DNA of 64,000 nucleotides from Escherichia coli (GTDB lineage Bacteria; Pseudomonadota; Gammaproteobacteria; Enterobacterales; Enterobacteriaceae): NCBI RefSeq assembly GCF_045037415.1, contig NZ_CP173438.1; one strand, 5' to 3'. Shown piece by piece: positions 60,058 to 64,000 of this stretch (position 1 is its first letter; each line of letters starts with the position of its first letter). The notes under the pieces were generated by a model. It saw only the letters and a program-made list of their open reading frames with translations, ran no database searches and was not told where the DNA came from. The position numbers and the translations under genes were made by a program.

Positions 60058-60315
60058 TTATTTATAAATTACTGCTGTTCCATGGAGGGTATTCGGACCG
60101 GTTACAGAAGTAATACGGAAAGATTTTGCGCCCATCTCATCCGCTTTTTGCGCCAGCTGCTCTTCCAGCGATCCCAGATTTGTCCCCGCGTTAGCACTGA
60201 TAGTACCGACTTTTTGTTGGCCTTCTGGCGTTGACTGAACTTCGACAGCCGCAAAGCTGGCAAATGACATGGAGCTTAAAATCGCCGCAGCGATGAGGGT
60301 TTTTACGTTTTTCAT
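60058..60315 (-). CDS. bhsA: Multiple stress resistance protein BhsA (YcfR)
   Basis: 85 aa, MKNVKTLIAAAILSSMSFASFAAVEVQSTPEGQQKVGTISANAGTNLGSLEEQLAQKADEMGAKSFRITSVTGPNTLHGTAVIYK. Confidence 0.9.
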   Translation of the reverse strand: MKNVKTLIAAAILSSMSFASFAAVEVQSTPEGQQKVGTISANAGTNLGSLEEQLAQKADEMGAKSFRITSVTGPNTLHGTAVIYK

Positions 60316-60555
60316 AATAGTGGCCTTATGCAGATGAATGACGTCGCAAGCAATTACTTAACGATCGATAACTAAATGATAGATGTGATCTGGATCACAT
60401 ACAAGATATTTTTTATAACAATCATTAATTAATTTAAAAACCTTTAAATTTCAGTTAAATAGAAAGCGATTATTTTTATGGTTTCTGGACTGGTGAACGG
60501 AGGTGATTATTTTTATAATAACCTTTCATTCACAGTCACCAGGTACAACGGCATC

Positions 60556-61188
60556 ATGGCAACTGACTCAACACAATGTGTAAAAAAAAGCCGTGGCCGC
60601 CCAAAAGTGTTCGACAGGGATGCCGCGCTTGATAAGGCCATGAAATTGTTCTGGCAGCACGGTTATGAAGCGACTTCTCTTGCGGACCTCGTTGAAGCGA
60701 CCGGAGCTAAAGCGCCCACGCTATACGCGGAATTTACCAACAAAGAGGGGTTATTCCGCGCCGTACTCGACCACTATATCGATCGTTTTGCCGCCAAGCA
60801 TGAAGCACAGCTGTTTTGTGAAGAGAAAAGCGTGGAGTCTGCGCTGGCTGACTATTTTGCTGCCATCGCCAACTGCTTTACCAGCAAAGACACTCCGGCT
60901 GGCTGCTTCATGATCAACAACTGCACCACCCTCTCCCCGGATTCAGGAGATATCGCCAATACGCTGAAATCACGCCATGCGATGCAAGAGCGCACTTTGC
61001 AGCAGTTTTTATGTCAACGACAAGCGCGCGGGGAAATCCCGACCCACTGTGACGTGACGCATCTGGCAGAATTCCTTAATTGTATTATTCAGGGGATGTC
61101 GATCAGCGCACGCGAAGGTGCATCACTGGAAAAACTGATGCAGATTGCCCGAACGACTTTGCGTTTATGGCCGGAACTGCTGAAATAG
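60556..61188 (+). CDS. comR: TetR-family transcriptional repressor ComR (YcfQ)
   Basis: ORF 60478..61188; from MATDSTQCVKKSRGRPKVFDRDAALDKAMKLFWQHGYEATSLADLVEATGAKAPTLY... Confidence 0.9.
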   Translation: MATDSTQCVKKSRGRPKVFDRDAALDKAMKLFWQHGYEATSLADLVEATGAKAPTLYAEFTNKEGLFRAVLDHYIDRFAAKHEAQLFCEEKSVESALADYFAAIANCFTSKDTPAGCFMINNCTTLSPDSGDIANTLKSRHAMQERTLQQFLCQRQARGEIPTHCDVTHLAEFLNCIIQGMSISAREGASLEKLMQIARTTLRLWPELLK

Positions 61189-61249
61189 GTCGCAAAAAAA
61201 GCCCCTCAGCCTGAGCGAATGAGGGGCTAAATTGCAGAGTACAGCCTTG

Positions 61250-61789
61250 TTATACTTTGTTATTCAAAATCAGCTGCCCGTTGCTATCTAGCGGGATCTG
61301 CGTACCCGGATCGCGGTCCATGCGGATTTTGCCCTGCTGATCGCCAATCTTATAGGTCACATCATAACCGAGCATTTTTTCTGACTTGTCATACACCGTT
61401 TTACAACGCTGTTGCGTAGTCGTGTAAGTATCGCTTTCCTGGAGAGAGCCCTGGATCTGGTTACCTGCATATCCACCCCCCAGCGCCCCCACAACAGTGG
61501 CGACATCTTTACCGCGACCACCTCCAAACTGATGCCCAATCACGCCGCCAGCAACAGCGCCGAGCACCGACCCGGTAATGCGATTTTCATCCTGCACCGG
61601 TCGACGATGGGTCACTGTAACGTTGCGACACTCCTGACGCGGTGTTTTAACCGTTTCCTTGATTGGGGTTGCAGAAACAACCTGAGCGTATTGCGGGCCA
61701 CGTTCAAACACGTTCAGACTGGCCACTGCCGCTACGCCCAGCGCAGCTGCGACACCAATCCCGATACCCGCCAACATTGACTTATTCAC
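61250..61789 (-). CDS. ycfJ: Outer membrane/periplasmic protein YcfJ
   Basis: ORF 61250..61828; probable GTG start at (V)NKSMLAGIGIGVAAALGVAAVASLNVFERGPQYAQ... Confidence 0.8.
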   Translation of the reverse strand: MNKSMLAGIGIGVAAALGVAAVASLNVFERGPQYAQVVSATPIKETVKTPRQECRNVTVTHRRPVQDENRITGSVLGAVAGGVIGHQFGGGRGKDVATVVGALGGGYAGNQIQGSLQESDTYTTTQQRCKTVYDKSEKMLGYDVTYKIGDQQGKIRMDRDPGTQIPLDSNGQLILNNKV

Positions 61790-61879
61790 GGGAACACCTC
61801 CTTCTTTGTAGTTATGCCAATCATGCAAGCGAAGGAGAAAAGCAGCTATCAGACAGAAGATGAAAAGCGCGGGAATGGC

Positions 61880-62010
61880 TGGAAATACTCAGGGATTCGG
61901 AGGAGTCTGAAGGAATGCCTGATGCGACGCTTAACGCGTCTTATCAGGCCTACCGCTCGTACCATTTGTCCAGGGCGGATAAGGCGTTTATGCCCCATCC
62001 GCCAGTACAA
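61880..62010. repeat. REP elements
   Basis: gcctgatgcgacgcttaacgcgtcttatcaggcctac and ggcggataaggcgtttatgcc palindromic units between ycfJ and ndh. Confidence 0.65.
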
Positions 62011-62015
62011 GTCGA

Positions 62016-63320
62016 TTAATGCAACTTCAAACGTGGACGGATAACGCGGTTAATACTCCCCACCAGCATCATTAATCCGGTTTTAAAGTAACCATGCAGC
62101 GCAATCTGGTGCATTCGGTACAGCGAGATGTATACAAAGCGCGCAATTCGTCCTTCAATCATCATTGAGCCGCGCGTCAGGTTACCCATCAGGCTACCGA
62201 CTGTGGAAAAGTTCGACAGCGATACCAGCGAACCGTGATCTTTATACTGATAATTTTTCAGCGGCTTACCGTTCATCTGCGCCAGAATGTTGTTCATTGC
62301 GCAGGTTGCCATCTGATGTGCGGCCTGAGCGCGCGGCGGAACAAAGCCCCCTTCCGGACGCGGGCATGACGCGCAGTCGCCAATAGCGTATATGTCTGGA
62401 TCGCGAGTGGTTTGCAGCGTCGGTTCCACCACCAGCTGGTTGATACGGTTGGTTTCAAGACCACCGATATCTTTCAGGAAGTCTGGCGCTTTGATCCCGG
62501 CTGCCCACACCATCAGATCAGCCTCAATATATTCGCCATCTTTAGTGTGCAGGCCGCCTTCATCAGCACTGGTGACCATGGTTTGCGTCAGCACGCGAAC
62601 GCCAAGTTTCGTTAACTCACTATGGGCCGCAGCAGAGATACGTGGCGGCAATGCAGGCAAAATACGTTCGCCCGCTTCTACCAGCGTTACGTTCAGGGCT
62701 TCGTTGGTCAGACCTTTATAACCGTAACTGTGCAGTTGCTTGACCGCGTTGTGCAATTCAGCGGAGAGTTCTACACCCGTCGCGCCGCCGCCGACAATCG
62801 CAATGTTTACTTTGCCATTCGCGCCCAGGTTGGCGGAGTATTTCAGGAACAGATTCAGCATCTCCTGGTGGAAGCGACGCGCCTGGTGCGGGTTATCGAG
62901 GAAAATGCAGTTCTCTTTGACACCTGGTGTATTGAAATCGTTAGAGGTGCTACCCAGCGCCATTACCAGGGTGTCATAGGCGATTTTACGTTCCGGAACC
63001 AGCAGTTCACCTTTCTCGTCGCGCAGTTCTGCAATAGTGATTGTTTTCGCTTCACGATCAATATCAATTACGGAACCCAGCTGGAACTGGAAACCATGAT
63101 TGCGCGCATGGGCCAGATAGCTCAACGCATCGACGCCTTCATCAAGCGAGCCAGTCGCCACTTCGTGCAGCAGCGGTTTCCACAAGTGGCTGTGGTTACG
63201 ATCGACCAGCGTAATTTTGGCTTTTTTCTTGCGTCCCAGCTTATGCCCCAGCTGTGTTGCCATTTCCAGCCCACCAGCACCGCCGCCGACAATCACAATT
63301 TTTTTCAATGGCGTAGTCAA
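62016..63320 (-). CDS. ndh: NADH dehydrogenase II (NDH-2)
   Basis: ORF 62016..63347; from (TTG)[56 protein letters not shown]... Confidence 0.95.
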   Translation of the reverse strand: MTTPLKKIVIVGGGAGGLEMATQLGHKLGRKKKAKITLVDRNHSHLWKPLLHEVATGSLDEGVDALSYLAHARNHGFQFQLGSVIDIDREAKTITIAELRDEKGELLVPERKIAYDTLVMALGSTSNDFNTPGVKENCIFLDNPHQARRFHQEMLNLFLKYSANLGANGKVNIAIVGGGATGVELSAELHNAVKQLHSYGYKGLTNEALNVTLVEAGERILPALPPRISAAAHSELTKLGVRVLTQTMVTSADEGGLHTKDGEYIEADLMVWAAGIKAPDFLKDIGGLETNRINQLVVEPTLQTTRDPDIYAIGDCASCPRPEGGFVPPRAQAAHQMATCAMNNILAQMNGKPLKNYQYKDHGSLVSLSNFSTVGSLMGNLTRGSMMIEGRIARFVYISLYRMHQIALHGYFKTGLMMLVGSINRVIRPRLKLH

Positions 63321-63579
63321 CGTGACCCCCTTAAATTTATTAACCAATTGTTAATTAATGGTTATTAACATAGCTCTTAATTAACAACAGGTTATAGCAA
63401 TGAAAATGTTCTTCGCTATTGAGAATAACATGAATGGTGCATTGGTCATACCAAAATTGATGTTAATCAAGTTTTGTTGCTGAAAAGATAGGCGACTTTA
63501 CCGGGTGAGATCAAAAAACAGAGTTTGTTGTTCATTATTTGAGCTGATTTGTGAGAATGATATAGAGTGAGGTGTGTAT

Positions 63580-63715
63580 GGAGGGCGTTCGGTAGGCCTG
63601 ATAAGAGGCGCATCAGGCATTGATGCTCGACTGTCGGATGCGGCGGAACGCCTTATCCAACCCACAGAATCAGGAGCGCATCAGGTACCGGCAAGGTTAC
63701 CTGATGCGACGAGGG
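63580..63715. repeat. REP elements
   Basis: ggtaggcctgataagaggcgcatcaggc... gatgcggcggaacgccttatcc ... cctgatgcgacgagggc palindromic units between ndh and ycfP. Confidence 0.65.
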
Positions 63716-63718
63716 CAT

Positions 63719-64000
63719 TTACCCGAGGGTTTTGAACGCTTTAATGCGCTGTAAATGCGGGGAGATATTCTTGAATTTGTGCGTCTGCTCTTCGTCCCAG
63801 ACAATCTCGTAATAATGATGCAACTCTTCAGATGTCCGCTGGCTGTTAAGCGCTTCATCATTACGCGACAAAATCACCAGGCAACGATCGCGATTCTTCT
63901 CACGGAAGTTGGTCACACACTTAGTGGCAATATCGGCATACTCTTCCGGGCGATCAATCTTCCCTTCCATGTTCTCATAAGGGAACAAATTGGGGTTGAA
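63719..64000 (-). CDS. ycfP: YcfP (UPF0227 esterase-like protein), 3' part only; N-terminus lies beyond the window end
   Basis: ...[88 protein letters not shown] matches the YcfP C-terminus; reading frame stays open to the window edge. Confidence 0.85.

Noticed and set aside
62622-63368. 248-aa plus-strand ORF
   Set aside because: Antisense shadow of ndh (minus strand), which is conserved and full length.

Overview
The window is an Escherichia coli chromosomal segment. Positions 1 to about 33,000 are the int-proximal part of a lambda-like prophage integrated at the 3' end of icd; positions 33,017 to 64,000 are the conserved icd to ycfP backbone, in reverse orientation relative to K-12. The prophage is mosaic. 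Head and proximal tail genes (G through Nu1), cos, bor, Rz/Rz1/R, P, gam, bet and exo are essentially phage lambda. The holin, the Q antiterminator, the nin region (DLP12-like ybcN-ninE-ybcO-rusA), the immunity region (LexA-like CI with YdaS/YdaT-like Cro/CII analogues) and the icd-targeting int/xis are from other lambdoid lineages. The most unusual content is a low-GC cargo island between P and ybcN: a lipoprotein-type alpha/beta-hydrolase esterase convergent with a 1302-aa intimin/invasin-family inverse autotransporter that carries an internal 357-bp tandem duplication, the two separated by an IS66-family element with 8-bp target duplications. A second candidate module sits near cos: a TonB C-terminal-domain lipoprotein and two small ORFs next to bor. 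No recognisable N gene lies between the pL-like region and gam. All calls are from reading the sequence and recalled protein families; no database search was run, and coordinates of hand-called starts are approximate to a few bases.
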